A DNA stretch of 64,000 nt, from assembly GCA_963748215.1 (NCBI GenBank), contig CAVVHS010000002.1:64001-128000 (forward strand). Reading direction: 5' to 3'. The notes below the pieces were generated by a model. It was not told where the DNA came from. It saw nothing but the letters and a program-made list of their open reading frames with translations, and did no database searches. This document shows positions 36,180 through 47,291 of this stretch, piece by piece. The first letter of the stretch is position 1, and every line of letters starts with the position of its first letter. The translations under genes and the position numbers were made by a program. This stretch comes from an uncultured Gammaproteobacteria bacterium (GTDB lineage Bacteria; Pseudomonadota; Gammaproteobacteria; UBA9214).

Positions 36180-38057
36180 CTACTCGTCTTCCATGTAGGT
36201 GGTGCCGGTGAGTCCGCCTTCCAGCGCCTGCAGGTACATGGCACGTTCCGGGCCCTTGAGGCCTGCCGCGTTGAGTTTTTCGCGGTAGCGCGCCATCAGG
36301 CGCTTGGGCTCGAACTCCACGTATCGCAGCAGCTCATCCACGCTGTCGGCATGGCGCGGATCGACCAGCGAGTAGCCGCCGGCGCTGTCGAACTCGACGT
36401 TGATCGCGTCGGTGTCGCCGAACAGGTTGTGCATGTCACCGAGGATTTCCTGGTAGGCGCCGAGCAGGAAAAAGCCGAGCAGGTAGGTCTCGTCATCACG
36501 CACCGCGTGTAGCGGCAGGGTCGACTCGACGCCATTGCCATCGACATACATCCCGATTTGCCCGTCGGAATCGCAGGTCAGGTCATGCAGGATGGCACGC
36601 CGCGACGGTGCCTCGTCTAGCCGCTGCAGGGGCACGATGGGAAAGATCTGGTCGATCCCCCACACATCAGGCATGGACTGGAACACCGACAGGTTGCAGA
36701 AGTACTTGTCGGCGAGGCGCCGGTTGATGTCATCGAGTTCAGGCGGCGGCAGGTCCTGCAACTCCAGGAAACCCTGTACCTTGCGGCACAGGGCGTAATA
36801 CAGCGATTCGCCGTGCGCGCGCTGCTGCAGGCCGGCGCGGCCGACCAGGTACAGGCCGCGCAGCTCGGCGAGATGCCCGCCCGCCAGCAGGTAGCTGTCG
36901 AGTGCACTGTCCGCCGTGCACTGCGCCAGTGACTCGCGCAGCGCCAGCACCGGAGCGATATCGGAACTTGAGCCGGCGTCTTCCTCACTCAGCACCTGCT
37001 CGGTGTCGAGCACATTGGTGATCAGCACGGCGTGGTGCGCGGTCAGCGCGCGGCCGGATTCGGACATCAGGTCGGGTGCCGGCAGGTCATGCGCTTGCGT
37101 GATTTCGCTGAAGATGTCGATCACGGTCTGCGCGTAGCGGTCCACGTCGTAGTTCATGGAGCATTCACTCATCGAGCGCGTGCCTTCGTAGTCGATGCCC
37201 AGCCCGCCGCCGACATCGACCGTGGTCACCGGTACACCGGCGTTGCGCAGCTCCACCCAGGTGCGGGCAACTTCCATGAGCGCATCGCGGAACACCTCGA
37301 TACTGGTGATCTGCGATCCGGGATGACAGTGCAGCAGCGTCAATCGGTCGAGCATGCCCGCGTCCCGCAGACGCTCCATCAGCGCCAGCGCGCCGGCCGC
37401 GGTGAAGCCGAATTTGGAACGGTCGCCACCGGTGTTCTGCCAGTTGCCGGAGGTCACCGTGGACAACCGTACACGCAGGCCGAGCTCCGGCTGCATGCGC
37501 ATCGACGCTGCCGTGGCGATGATCAGCTCCAGTTCCGACAGCTTCTCGATGACCAGCACGGTAGGGTGGCCAAGGCGCTGCGCGATCAGTGCGAGACGTA
37601 TGTACTCGGCGTCCTTGTAGCCGTTGCAGATGATGGTGCCGCCGGCAGGCAGGCTGCCGATCACCGCCATCAGCTCGGGCTTGCTGCCGCACTCCAGGCC
37701 GATGCGCGCGCCGCCGTGCGCGACCAGCGCTTCGACCACGTGTCGCTGCTGGTTGACCTTGATCGGGTAGATGGCGGTGTAGTTCGCCGGGTAGCCAGTA
37801 AGCTGCATGGCGGTGGTGAAGGCGCCGTGCAGGCGGTCCACGCGATTGCGGAGGATATCGGTGAAACGCACCAGCACCGGCAGGGTAAGGCCGTCCTCAT
37901 GCAGGCGGTCGACCAGGCCATGCAGGTCGATGGCCGGCGCATCGGTGTGCGCGCCCGGCCGTGCCAGCAGGTGGCCATTGTCACCGACATCGAAATAGCC
38001 GGCGCTCCAGCCGGGGATGTTGTACTGCCTGCGGGCGTCATCGGGTGTCCAGTCCAT
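36180..38057 (-). CDS. speA: biosynthetic arginine decarboxylase
   Basis: YPIKVNQ PLP-Lys, GLECGSKPEL, CNGYKD, TCDSDG, GAYQEILGDMHNLFG. Confidence 0.97.
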   Translation of the reverse strand: MDWTPDDARRQYNIPGWSAGYFDVGDNGHLLARPGAHTDAPAIDLHGLVDRLHEDGLTLPVLVRFTDILRNRVDRLHGAFTTAMQLTGYPANYTAIYPIKVNQQRHVVEALVAHGGARIGLECGSKPELMAVIGSLPAGGTIICNGYKDAEYIRLALIAQRLGHPTVLVIEKLSELELIIATAASMRMQPELGLRVRLSTVTSGNWQNTGGDRSKFGFTAAGALALMERLRDAGMLDRLTLLHCHPGSQITSIEVFRDALMEVARTWVELRNAGVPVTTVDVGGGLGIDYEGTRSMSECSMNYDVDRYAQTVIDIFSEITQAHDLPAPDLMSESGRALTAHHAVLITNVLDTEQVLSEEDAGSSSDIAPVLALRESLAQCTADSALDSYLLAGGHLAELRGLYLVGRAGLQQRAHGESLYYALCRKVQGFLELQDLPPPELDDINRRLADKYFCNLSVFQSMPDVWGIDQIFPIVPLQRLDEAPSRRAILHDLTCDSDGQIGMYVDGNGVESTLPLHAVRDDETYLLGFFLLGAYQEILGDMHNLFGDTDAINVEFDSAGGYSLVDPRHADSVDELLRYVEFEPKRLMARYREKLNAAGLKGPERAMYLQALEGGLTGTTYMEDE

Positions 38058-38198
38058 GACAGGCACGATAATGACAGCGGGCGGTAATAGCAATGGGTTG
38101 GCCCGCACGACAGGGTCATCACCTCGCATAAGCGACCCGCTACGCGATCGTGCCTATCACGCATGAGATGCGCTCCTGCGAGACTTTATTTGCCAGAT

Positions 38199-38511
38199 CC
38201 CATTGATCCCGCCCCGCCCGATCTTGTATTGGCTGCACGCCTATCCGCCTGATCGAGTTGTAGGGTGCGTTTCACGCACCGAAAACGGTGCACAGAGAGC
38301 ACCCTACGGCTGGTGCCAATGACCAGGGCATCTGACGCCCCATTGATCCCACCCCGCCCGATCTTGTATTGGCTGTACGCCTATCCGCCTGATCGAGTGG
38401 TAGGGTGCGTTTCACGCACCGAAAACGGTGCACAGAGTGCACCCTACGGCTGGCGCCAATGACCAGGGCATCTGACGCCCCATTGATCCCACCCCGCCCG
38501 ATCTTGTATTG
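38199..38511. repeat. 140-bp tandem repeat (about 2.2 copies), each full copy holding a REP doublet
   Basis: cattgatccc at 38201, 38341 and 38481; gtagggtgcgtttcacgcacc..ggtgcacagagtgcaccctac. Confidence 0.9.
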
Positions 38512-38546
38512 TCTGCCACCCGACCTGCCAGACCGAGGACGCAGCC

Positions 38547-39398
38547 GTGACAGACAAAGACCAGTGGTTTACCGAGATCTACGAAATCGGCGGCTCCGCC
38601 TTCGGCGTGAAAATCCGCGAGCGGCTGCACAACGAGCAGACCGAATACCAGCACATCGAGATCTACGCGACAGAAAAGTTCGGCAACCTGATGGTCATCG
38701 ACGGCTGCTACATGCTCACCGCACGCGAGAACTTCATCTATCACGAGATGATGTCTCACCCGGTACTGTTCACCCACCCGTCGCCGGAACGCGTGGTGAT
38801 CATCGGTGGTGGTGACTGCGGGACGCTGCGCGAGGTGCTGAAGCACGGCCGCGTCACCCATGCGCTGCAGGTCGAGATCGACGAGCGCGTCACGCGCCTG
38901 GCCGAGGAGTTCTTTCCGGAGCTGTGCGTGGCGAACGAAGATCCGCGCGCAGACTTCCTGTTCGGCGACGGCATCCGCTGGATGAAGGAAAGCACGCCCG
39001 GCACCGTCGACATCGTGATCGTCGACAGCACCGATCCGGTCGGACCGGCGCTGGGACTGTTCACCGAGGATTTCTACCGCGACTGCCACCGCGCGCTGGG
39101 CGACAACGGCATCCTCATCCAGCAGAGCGAGTCACCTCTATATAACATGGACATCATCAACCCGATGCACAAGGCGATGCGCGCAGCCGGCTTCGTCGAT
39201 GTGCAGACGCTGTTCTTCCCGCAGCCGTGCTATCCCTCAGGCTGGTGGAGCGCCACCATGGGCAGCAAGCAGCCGATGGCCGGACACTTCCGCGAAAAGG
39301 ATGCCGCCGGCAAGAGCTTCGAAACACACTACTACAACGCCGCCATCCACAAGGCCGCGCTGACCCCGCCGGAGTTTTTCAGGCAGGCGCTGGAGTAG
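38547..39398 (+). CDS. speE: spermidine synthase
   Basis: YHEMMSHP, IIGGGDCGTLREV, VDSTDPVGPA. Confidence 0.96.
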   Translation: MTDKDQWFTEIYEIGGSAFGVKIRERLHNEQTEYQHIEIYATEKFGNLMVIDGCYMLTARENFIYHEMMSHPVLFTHPSPERVVIIGGGDCGTLREVLKHGRVTHALQVEIDERVTRLAEEFFPELCVANEDPRADFLFGDGIRWMKESTPGTVDIVIVDSTDPVGPALGLFTEDFYRDCHRALGDNGILIQQSESPLYNMDIINPMHKAMRAAGFVDVQTLFFPQPCYPSGWWSATMGSKQPMAGHFREKDAAGKSFETHYYNAAIHKAALTPPEFFRQALE

Positions 39399-39404
39399 AC
39401 ATCA

Positions 39405-39830
39405 CGTGAGACGTGAAAAGTGAAAAGTGAAAAGTGAAAAGAATAATGGCCACGGAATCCACGGAAGAGCACGGAAAAATAACAATGCAGACGTAGGGTG
39501 CGTTTTACGCACCACAACGGCTTAAAGGGAAAGAGAAGACCATGCGCGCACATTCAGGATTATCCCTTCAAGACGCAGGATGTGCGGGAACGGCCATGAG
39601 ATGCGCTCCTACAACAATAGCTACCCGTTCATGCGCGACTCGCATTTTGGAAACAACCACATCCATTATTTTCTTGTTGTTCTGTGGATTCCGTGGCCAT
39701 TATCTTTCGCACCCGTAATTCACGTTTCACCTTTCACGTCCCACCCAATGGTGCACAGAGTGCACCCTACATTTTTCCGTGTTCTTCCGTGGATTCCGTG
39801 GCCAGACTTCATTTTCATTTCACGTATTAC
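39405..39830. repeat. composite repeat mosaic
   Basis: (gtgaaaa)n, tggccacggaatccacggaa, GTAGGGTGC REP and GTAGGAGCG REP, followed by inverted copies. Confidence 0.8.
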
Positions 39831-39904
39831 CATTCAAGTGGATAGTGACGTCGGGTGCGCTCATGCACCGGGGTGGCACACAAGCCACCCACTGAAGGCT
39901 TCCC

Positions 39905-40351
39905 TCAGTTACACCAGCGCTTGACGTTTTCGCGCGCCTGCTCGAGCGACTGTTCACGCGCATCGTCCGGCAGGTACACACGCTTTCCTGATTCATCGAG
40001 GGAATATACGCGGCCGGCGCGCTCCATGTTGCGCAGGTAATCACGCGCATAGTTGCAGCGTTTTTGCCGCTGCTCGCGCTCGGCCTTTTCCTCTTCGGCC
40101 TGAAGCTGCTTTTGCTGACGCTCGTCACGCATGGCATCGAGCAGGCGTTGCGTCTTGTCCATGCGCACATCGGGTGCTGCCGCACCGGCCCCGGACGCGG
40201 ATCCGTCGATCTTGCGCAGGCTGTGGGCACGGCTGTCACACGGTGAGTCGCGGTATTGCACGCCGCCATCGGGACCGGTGCACTTGTAGACCTCGGCCGA
40301 TGCCACAGATCCAAACAGCAGCATCGCAAGCATGGGGATTAACCTGGTCAC
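39905..40351 (-). CDS. DUF4124 domain protein (start uncertain)
   Basis: Signal peptide, AEVYKCTGPDGGVQYRDSPC. Confidence 0.85.
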   Translation of the reverse strand: MTRLIPMLAMLLFGSVASAEVYKCTGPDGGVQYRDSPCDSRAHSLRKIDGSASGAGAAAPDVRMDKTQRLLDAMRDERQQKQLQAEEEKAEREQRQKRCNYARDYLRNMERAGRVYSLDESGKRVYLPDDAREQSLEQARENVKRWCN

Positions 40352-40482
40352 GGTGAGTACCTCATTGTTGAATAATCCGGTTCGTACATGCCTGCGTTCC
40401 CACCCCATTGTTGCACATACGAGAGCGGGCCCCGTCCGCAATCATTTTAAACAACCTCTCGCACGCAAGATGCGCTCCTGCC

Positions 40483-41274
40483 TCATGTCCCCCGCAACCG
40501 GTCCAGGCACAGGCGCTGGCGGGAATCGAACAGGTGACGCGCGCCGATGGTGACCGCGGCCAGCGTACCCAGGCCGGTGCCGGTGGTGATGAGGAACATG
40601 ATCAGGATCTGGTATTTCACCGCTTCAACCGGCGCCGCACCGGCCAGGATCTGGCCGGTCATCATGCCCGGCAGGCTGACCACGCCGGCGGCTGCCATGG
40701 CATTGATGATAGGGATCATGCCGCTGCGGATGGCCTTGCTGCGATACTCCGAGATCGCCGTGTCCCAGCCTTCGCCGAGCATGAGACGCGCCTCGATAAT
40801 GTTGCGCTGCTCCCAGGCCGCCTGCGTCAACCGGTCCATGGCAATTGCGATGCCGTTCATGGTGTTGCCGAGCAGCATGCCCAGCAGCGGGATGGCGTAT
40901 TGCGGCGCATACCAGGGTTCGTCGCCGAGGATCACTATCAGTGCGAAAATGGCAATGGCAAAGGAGGACAGGAACATAGAGATGGTGCCGACGGCATAGC
41001 CCCACCAGCCACGAAAGCGGCGCTCCTGGCGCATCATAACCTCGCGCCCGGCGATCAGCAGCATGAACAGCGACAGCAGCGCCACCCAGCCCGGGTGCGA
41101 ACTGGCGAACAGCGCCTTGAGAACCAGTCCGATCAATGTCAGCTGCACCGCGGTCCGGGTCGCCGCGATGACAAGCTGCCCGCCGATACCGGTGCGCAGG
41201 CGAATCGACAGCAGCGCCAGCAGCAGTACCAGCACGGCGGCAATCGCGAGATCGTAAGTGTCGAGTGTGATCAT
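40483..41274 (-). CDS. fetB: iron-export ABC permease (UPF0014/YbbM)
   Basis: RTAVQL, IPLLGMLLGN, GVVSLPGMMTGQILAG..AVKYQI. Confidence 0.9.
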   Translation of the reverse strand: MITLDTYDLAIAAVLVLLLALLSIRLRTGIGGQLVIAATRTAVQLTLIGLVLKALFASSHPGWVALLSLFMLLIAGREVMMRQERRFRGWWGYAVGTISMFLSSFAIAIFALIVILGDEPWYAPQYAIPLLGMLLGNTMNGIAIAMDRLTQAAWEQRNIIEARLMLGEGWDTAISEYRSKAIRSGMIPIINAMAAAGVVSLPGMMTGQILAGAAPVEAVKYQILIMFLITTGTGLGTLAAVTIGARHLFDSRQRLCLDRLRGT

Positions 41275-41894
41275 TGCCGTGCTTCCATGGCCAGCTCCTC
41301 GAGTCTGCCGTCCCTGAGCTCGACGTGGCGGTTCGCCACGCGCGCAACCTGGGTGCGGTCGTGGCTGACCCAGATCACCGCGGCGTCGTGCGTTTTCATA
41401 TAGTCGTCGATCACCGCCTCGACACGGCGCGTGTTCTCGGCATCCAGGTTCGCGGTGGGTTCATCCAGCAACAGTACGCGCGGCCGGTTCGCGAGCAGGC
41501 GCAATAGCGCCAGACGCTGCCGCTCGCCGCTGGACAGGCGCGACACCGCCTGCTCCAGTACCGCCGCGGCAAGACCCAGCTCTGACAGTAAAACTGGCAT
41601 GCCGTTGACGAAATGGTCATGTGCACGCGGCAGCCACCAGCTGCTTTCCGGCGGCAGCAGGCCGGCCTGGCGACGCCATTGCTCGGGTGGAATGTCCTCT
41701 GCTCGCACCCCATCCAGCCACAATTCGCCGCCATGCGGATCGATGTCGGCAATGGCGCGCAACAATTGCGACTTGCCGCTACCCGATTCTCCGGTGATGC
41801 ACAGGCAATCCCCGGCTGCCAGCGACAGCGACACGGGACCGAGCATCGGCCGGGACAGGTCCTTGATTTGCAGCAGGGGCAGTGTTTTACTCAT
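41271..41894 (-). CDS. ABC transporter ATP-binding protein (YbbL/FetA-like)
   Basis: GESGSGKS, LSSGERQR, LLLDEPT. Confidence 0.9.
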   Translation of the reverse strand: MSKTLPLLQIKDLSRPMLGPVSLSLAAGDCLCITGESGSGKSQLLRAIADIDPHGGELWLDGVRAEDIPPEQWRRQAGLLPPESSWWLPRAHDHFVNGMPVLLSELGLAAAVLEQAVSRLSSGERQRLALLRLLANRPRVLLLDEPTANLDAENTRRVEAVIDDYMKTHDAAVIWVSHDRTQVARVANRHVELRDGRLEELAMEARQ

Positions 41895-41902
41895 TGCGCA
41901 CG

Positions 41903-41981
41903 GGGGACAGACCCCGTTGTTTCGATGAAATTGCCATGCCGGGCCACCCGGAGACAATACACGAAAACGGGGTCTGTCCCC
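41903..41981. repeat. inverted repeat pair in divergent intergenic region
   Basis: ggggacagaccccgtt / aacggggtctgtcccc. Confidence 0.7.
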
Positions 41982-42009
41982 TTACCTTGAGAACAATCCA
42001 GAGGCCATT

Positions 42010-42246
42010 ATGTCAGAACCGACCATCGCACAAAAAGCGCCCTATGCACAGGAACTCGAACCCGGCACCTACTGGTGGTGCGCCTGCGGCAAATCGAAGC
42101 AGCAGCCGTTCTGCGACGGCTCGCACAAGGGCAGCGATTTCCAGCCCGTGAAATTCGAAATCACCGAAAAGAGAAAAGCCTGGCTGTGCGGCTGCAAGCA
42201 CAGCAGCGACATGCCGTTCTGCGACGGTACTCATAAAAGCCTGTAG
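42010..42246 (+). CDS. CDGSH iron-sulfur domain protein
   Basis: WCACGKSKQQPFCDGSH and LCGCKHSSDMPFCDGTH. Confidence 0.95.
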   Translation: MSEPTIAQKAPYAQELEPGTYWWCACGKSKQQPFCDGSHKGSDFQPVKFEITEKRKAWLCGCKHSSDMPFCDGTHKSL

Positions 42247-42600
42247 GAGCCGATCCCATCCGCGATCTATTTCAAACACCGCATCGCGCATGAGATGCGC
42301 TCCTACACCCAATCAATGCTCCTGCAGGAGCGGGCCGCGTCCGCGATCGTTTCAAACACCGCATCGCGCATGAGATGCGCTCCTACACCCAATCAATGCT
42401 CCTGCAGGAGCGGACCGCGTCCGCGATCATTTCAAACATCGCATCGCGCATGAGATGCGCTCCTGCAAAAATTCCCTGAATTTATATTTCCGTGTTCTTC
42501 CGTGGATTCCGTGGCCATTATCTATCGCACATGGGATGTGCATCTGCTGGTCGTCTGTGGCGCTTCTTTGTTTGCGCCCTGGCGCCTCTGCGCGAAATAT
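42242..42600. repeat. REP doublet array (three 80-bp units) plus CCACGGAA-type repeat
   Basis: (g)yaggagcgg..ccgcgat..atcgcgcatgagatgcgctcct x3; tttccgtgttcttccgtggattccgtggcc. Confidence 0.88.
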
Positions 42601-42611
42601 TTCCACGAATT

Positions 42612-42637
42612 AAAAAAGGGCGCCGCAGCGCCCTTTT
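42612..42637 (-). terminator. intrinsic terminator after amtB
   Basis: aaaagggcg-ccgcag-cgccctttt hairpin with T-run on minus strand. Confidence 0.75.
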
Positions 42638-42659
42638 CCGTTGCGCATAACCGAACGCG

Positions 42660-43961
42660 TTACAGGTTATACCCCACCTCGTCGTGCAGCACGATGTCGA
42701 GGCCTTCGGTCTCCTGGTCGCTGGTGACTCGCAGGCCGATGACGGCATCGATCAGCTTGAGAATGATCCAGGACAAAATGGCGCAGTAGACGAAGGTCGC
42801 GACGACGCCGACGAACTGCACCCAGACCTGGCCGCCGATGGTCATGCCCTCGGCGAGACCGGCGCCGCCCAGCATGCCGACAAACACGCCGGCCAGCAGC
42901 GTGCCGAGAATACCGCCGACACCGTGCACCGGGAACACGTCGAGCGAGTCATCGACTTTCAGCACCTGCTTGAGGTAGCTGGTGCACGTGTAGCAGATCA
43001 CGCCGGCGCTGGTGCCGATGATCAGCGCACCGATCGGGCCGACGAAACCGGACGCCGGCGTGATGGTGCCCAGCCCCGCCACCATGCCGGTGACGATACC
43101 GAGCACGCTCGGCTTGCCGTGCCGCATCCATTCCATCGTCATCCACGCCAGCGAGCCGGCGGCGGCACTGATGTGCGTGACCAGCATCGCCATGCCGGCA
43201 TCGCCGTTCGCTGCCAGCGCGCTGCCGGCATTGAAACCGAACCAGCCCACCCAGAGCATGGCCGCACCGATCACGGTCATGGTCATGTTGTGCGGCGGCA
43301 TTGCCACCGTAGCGAAGCCCTTGCGCGGCCCCAGCACCAGCGCCGCCACCAGCGCGGCGACGCCGGCGTTGACATGCACCACGGTACCGCCGGCGAAATC
43401 CAGCAGACCCATGTCCTGCAACCAGCCGCCGCCCCATACCCAGTGCGTGACCGGCGCATACACCAGCACCAGCCACAGCGCCGAGAACCACAGCATGGCG
43501 GAAAACTTCATGCGCTCGGCAAAGGCGCCGACGATCAGCGCCGGCGTGATGATGGCGAAGGTCAGCTGGAACATGGAGAACACGCTCTCCGGGATGGTGC
43601 CGATCAGGCTGTCGCGCCCGACGTTGGCCAGCAGCAACTGGTCGAAGCCGCCGATCCAGCGATTCATGGCTCCACCGTCGCCGAATGCCAGTCCGTAGAC
43701 GAACACCAGCCACAGGATGGACACCAGGCAGGTAATGGCAAAGCACTGCATCAGCACCGACAGCACGTTCTTGCTGCGCACCAGGCCGCCGTAGAACAGC
43801 GCCAGGCCCGGTATGGTCATGAACAGCACCAGCGCCGTCGAGGTCAGTATCCAGGCGGTGTCCGCCCCGTTCAGTTCGTCCGCCAGGGCGGCCGCCGGAA
43901 ACAGCCCGGCGACGGCGAGTGGCAGGAGTGTCTTGTACCGCGTCAGGGCAGCAAGGCTCAT
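42660..43961 (-). CDS. amtB: ammonium transporter
   Basis: FQLTFAIIT, DFAGGTVVH, LWVGWFGFNAGS, DDSLDVFPVHG. Confidence 0.97.
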   Translation of the reverse strand: MSLAALTRYKTLLPLAVAGLFPAAALADELNGADTAWILTSTALVLFMTIPGLALFYGGLVRSKNVLSVLMQCFAITCLVSILWLVFVYGLAFGDGGAMNRWIGGFDQLLLANVGRDSLIGTIPESVFSMFQLTFAIITPALIVGAFAERMKFSAMLWFSALWLVLVYAPVTHWVWGGGWLQDMGLLDFAGGTVVHVNAGVAALVAALVLGPRKGFATVAMPPHNMTMTVIGAAMLWVGWFGFNAGSALAANGDAGMAMLVTHISAAAGSLAWMTMEWMRHGKPSVLGIVTGMVAGLGTITPASGFVGPIGALIIGTSAGVICYTCTSYLKQVLKVDDSLDVFPVHGVGGILGTLLAGVFVGMLGGAGLAEGMTIGGQVWVQFVGVVATFVYCAILSWIILKLIDAVIGLRVTSDQETEGLDIVLHDEVGYNL

Positions 43962-43991
43962 GTCGAATCCCCCCGTTTTTTCTGGATTGTT

Positions 43992-44417
<426 letters not shown>

Positions 44418-44445
44418 TCATCTGCCCATCCCCAATCGATGTTCC

Positions 44446-44510
44446 TGCAGGAGCGGATCCCATCCGCGATCTTTTTAAATTCCCCATCGCGCATGAGATG
44501 CGCTCCTACC
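44446..44510. repeat. REP doublet
   Basis: gcaggagcggatcccatccgcgat / atcgcgcatgagatgcgctcctac. Confidence 0.85.
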
Positions 44511-44536
44511 CCCAGGGGAAAACACGGTTCACAGGC

Positions 44537-44564
44537 AAAAAAAACGGGCGCCGAAGCGCCCGTC
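44537..44564 (-). terminator. intrinsic terminator
   Basis: acgggcgc-cgaa-gcgcccgt with T8 on minus strand. Confidence 0.75.
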
Positions 44565-44580
44565 AAGGTGGGCAGGTAAA

Positions 44581-45850
44581 CTACTTGCCGGAGCCCTTTG
44601 CACCCACGAACTCGGGGTAGGCCTCGAGACCGCATTCGCCGAGATCGACGCCTTCGTACTCTTCCTCTTCGCTGACGCGGATGCCGATCACCATCTTGAT
44701 GATGCCCCAGACGATCAGGCTGGTCACGAAGGTCCAGGCGAAGATCACGCCAAGACCGGTGAGCTGCGCCACCAGCGTCGCGTCCGGATTGGTGAAGGTG
44801 ACCGCGATCAGGCCCCACATGCCGACCACACCGTGCACCGAGATGGCACCGACCGGGTCGTCGATCTTGATGCTTGTCCAGACCGAGGATCGAGAACACC
44901 ACGAGCACACCGCCCACGGCACCGATGATGGTGGCCAGCAACGGGGTCGGGGTCAGCGGTTCGGCGGTGATCGCCACCAGGCCGGCCAGTGCGCCGTTCA
45001 GCGCCATGGTCAGGTCGGTCTTGCCGAACAGCAGGCGGGCAACCACCATCGCGGCGATCACACCACCGGCAGCCGCCATATTGGTGTTGACGAACACCAG
45101 CGCCACGGCGTTGGCCTCGTCGACGTTGGAGACCTTCAGCTCGGAACCGCCGTTGAAGCCGAACCAGCCCATCCACAGGATGAACGTGCCCAGTGTCGCC
45201 AGCGGCATGTTGGCGCCCGGGATCGGGTTGATGGTGCCGTCAGCCCGGTACTTGCCCTTGCGTGCACCGAGCAGCAGGACACCGGCCAGCGCCGCGGTTG
45301 CACCACACAGGTGCACGACACCGGAACCGGCGAAGTCCAGGAAGCCCAGGGCATCCAGGACCGCCGCCGCCCCACTTCCAGTAACCCTGCATCGGGTAGA
45401 TGAAGCCGGTCATGACCACGGCGAACAACAGGAACGCCCACAGCTTCATGCGCTCGGCAACGGCACCGGAGACGATCGACATGGCGGTTGCCACGAACAC
45501 GACCTGGAAGAAGAAGTCGGACAAGGCTGGAGTAGTAGGTCATCACCACCGCTTGCCAGCACGGCTTCGGCCGTATTGTCGGTACTACCCAGGATGCCGC
45601 CGATTCCCGGCCACCAGGGGCTGACCGCCGCATCGCCCGGATACATGATGTTGTAGCCATACAGCATGTACATGATGCAGGCGACGGCAAACAGGGAGAT
45701 GTTCTTGGTCAGGATTTCGGCGGTGTTTTTCGCACGCACCAGGCCGGCCTCGAGCATCGAAAAACCCGCAGCCATCCACATTACGAGCACGCCGGATACC
45801 AGGAAGTAAAAGGTATCGAGCGCATAACTCAGTTCGGTTATTGCTTCCAC
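44581..45850 (-). pseudogene. amt: second ammonium transporter, split by about three frameshifts (possibly assembly errors)
   Basis: Fragments MWMAAGFSMLEAG / DFFFQVVFVATAMS / LWMGWFGFNGGS / IDDPVGAISVHG lie in different frames. Confidence 0.8.
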
Positions 45851-45873
45851 GATTCAGTCCTCCGTCGGCCGGA

Positions 45874-46219
<346 letters not shown>

Positions 46220-46239
46220 CTACTCCTTATGAAGACCTT

Positions 46240-46268
46240 TAAAAACGGCCTGCCCGAAGGCAGGCCGT
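46240..46268 (-). terminator. hairpin/terminator between porin gene and glnK
   Basis: acggcctgcc..ggcaggccgt followed by TTTT on minus strand. Confidence 0.55.
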
Positions 46269-46279
46269 AGCCACGTCGG

Positions 46280-47014
46280 TTAAAGAGACTTGGAGACGCT
46301 TAAGACGATGCGTGAATCGGCCAGGTCGCCGAACATGTTCACATCATCACCGTCGCTGTCCACATAGGTCAGGCCCAGGTCCACACCGGCCACCGACTTG
46401 GTCAGGCCGATACTCCAGTCCGTGTAGCTGTCCGGCAGACCGGACACACCGGGAGGAGCGCTGGGGCTGACATCGTAGGCATCACCGAAGTTGTGACCGA
46501 CATGCGCAGATAAGCCGATCTCGTACCAGGGCAGGGTCATCTCGTAACCGGCCGCCAGGTACCAGGCGCTCTCCGTTGAACCGATAAAGGCCAGCTCATC
46601 GGAGTAGTTCAGGGACACGGTAAAACCGGCCATGCTGCCACTGACATAGAGTTCGGTCGTATCAACATCGAAGCCGGACTGATCTCCACCGGGATACACA
46701 TAACGCAGAATGCCGAGGTCATAACCGATGCCGTTGGCCATTTCACCGGCATAGCCTGCGTAAATATCCAGCTCGATCTGCGGATCGCGTGCGCCGCCGA
46801 AGAAGGTGGAATCGACATTGGACGCCCAGGTGCCGACATAGAGGCCGCTTTCATGGGCATAATCGAACCCGCCCTGGATGGCAATCTGCTCGTCCGTCTG
46901 GGACACACCGCGGAAGGCATAATCAGACACAAGGGCGACATTGCCGCTGATTTCTGCCAGTGCTCCGGTCGAAGCGGCCAGCAGCGCGGAGGCAATCAAG
47001 GTTTTCTTCATCAT
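46280..47014 (-). CDS. TorF family putative porin (TIGR02001)
   Basis: SDYAFRGVSQT, AIQGGFDY, GTWASNV, ELDIYAGY; usual position upstream of glnK-amtB. Confidence 0.9.
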   Translation of the reverse strand: MMKKTLIASALLAASTGALAEISGNVALVSDYAFRGVSQTDEQIAIQGGFDYAHESGLYVGTWASNVDSTFFGGARDPQIELDIYAGYAGEMANGIGYDLGILRYVYPGGDQSGFDVDTTELYVSGSMAGFTVSLNYSDELAFIGSTESAWYLAAGYEMTLPWYEIGLSAHVGHNFGDAYDVSPSAPPGVSGLPDSYTDWSIGLTKSVAGVDLGLTYVDSDGDDVNMFGDLADSRIVLSVSKSL

Positions 47015-47103
47015 TTCATCTCTCCTAAAAGTTGTGGTTAGCACTGTGCAATGACTGAACCACTTCAACTCAACTGTGAATAAGGGAAATTCAGCTTGTG
47101 TTC

Positions 47104-47119
47104 AGCAGGAACCGTGCCA
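47104..47119 (-). promoter_or_regulatory. sigma54 (-24/-12) promoter
   Basis: TGGCACGGTTCCTGCT. Confidence 0.8.
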
Positions 47120-47195
47120 GATCGCACATTATTTTATATATCAATACTTTATCCGGTTATTGAGGAATATCAGGGGGCGATAAAAGAGCATGCGG

Positions 47196-47231
47196 TGCAC
47201 GCTTTTTGTGCATGCGCCCTATATTGGTGCG
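47196..47231. promoter_or_regulatory. two NtrC-like enhancer sites
   Basis: tgcacgctttttgtgca and cgccctatattggtgcg, about 80-110 bp upstream of the -24 box with an AT-rich spacer. Confidence 0.65.
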
Positions 47232-47291
47232 CCTTGATGGCCAGTCGGCAGGTTATGGACGGGACAGCGGACGTTCGACTAAGGTAGGCGC

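Noticed and set aside
38199-38511. CRISPR array
   Set aside because: Whole 140-bp units repeat with no unique spacers.
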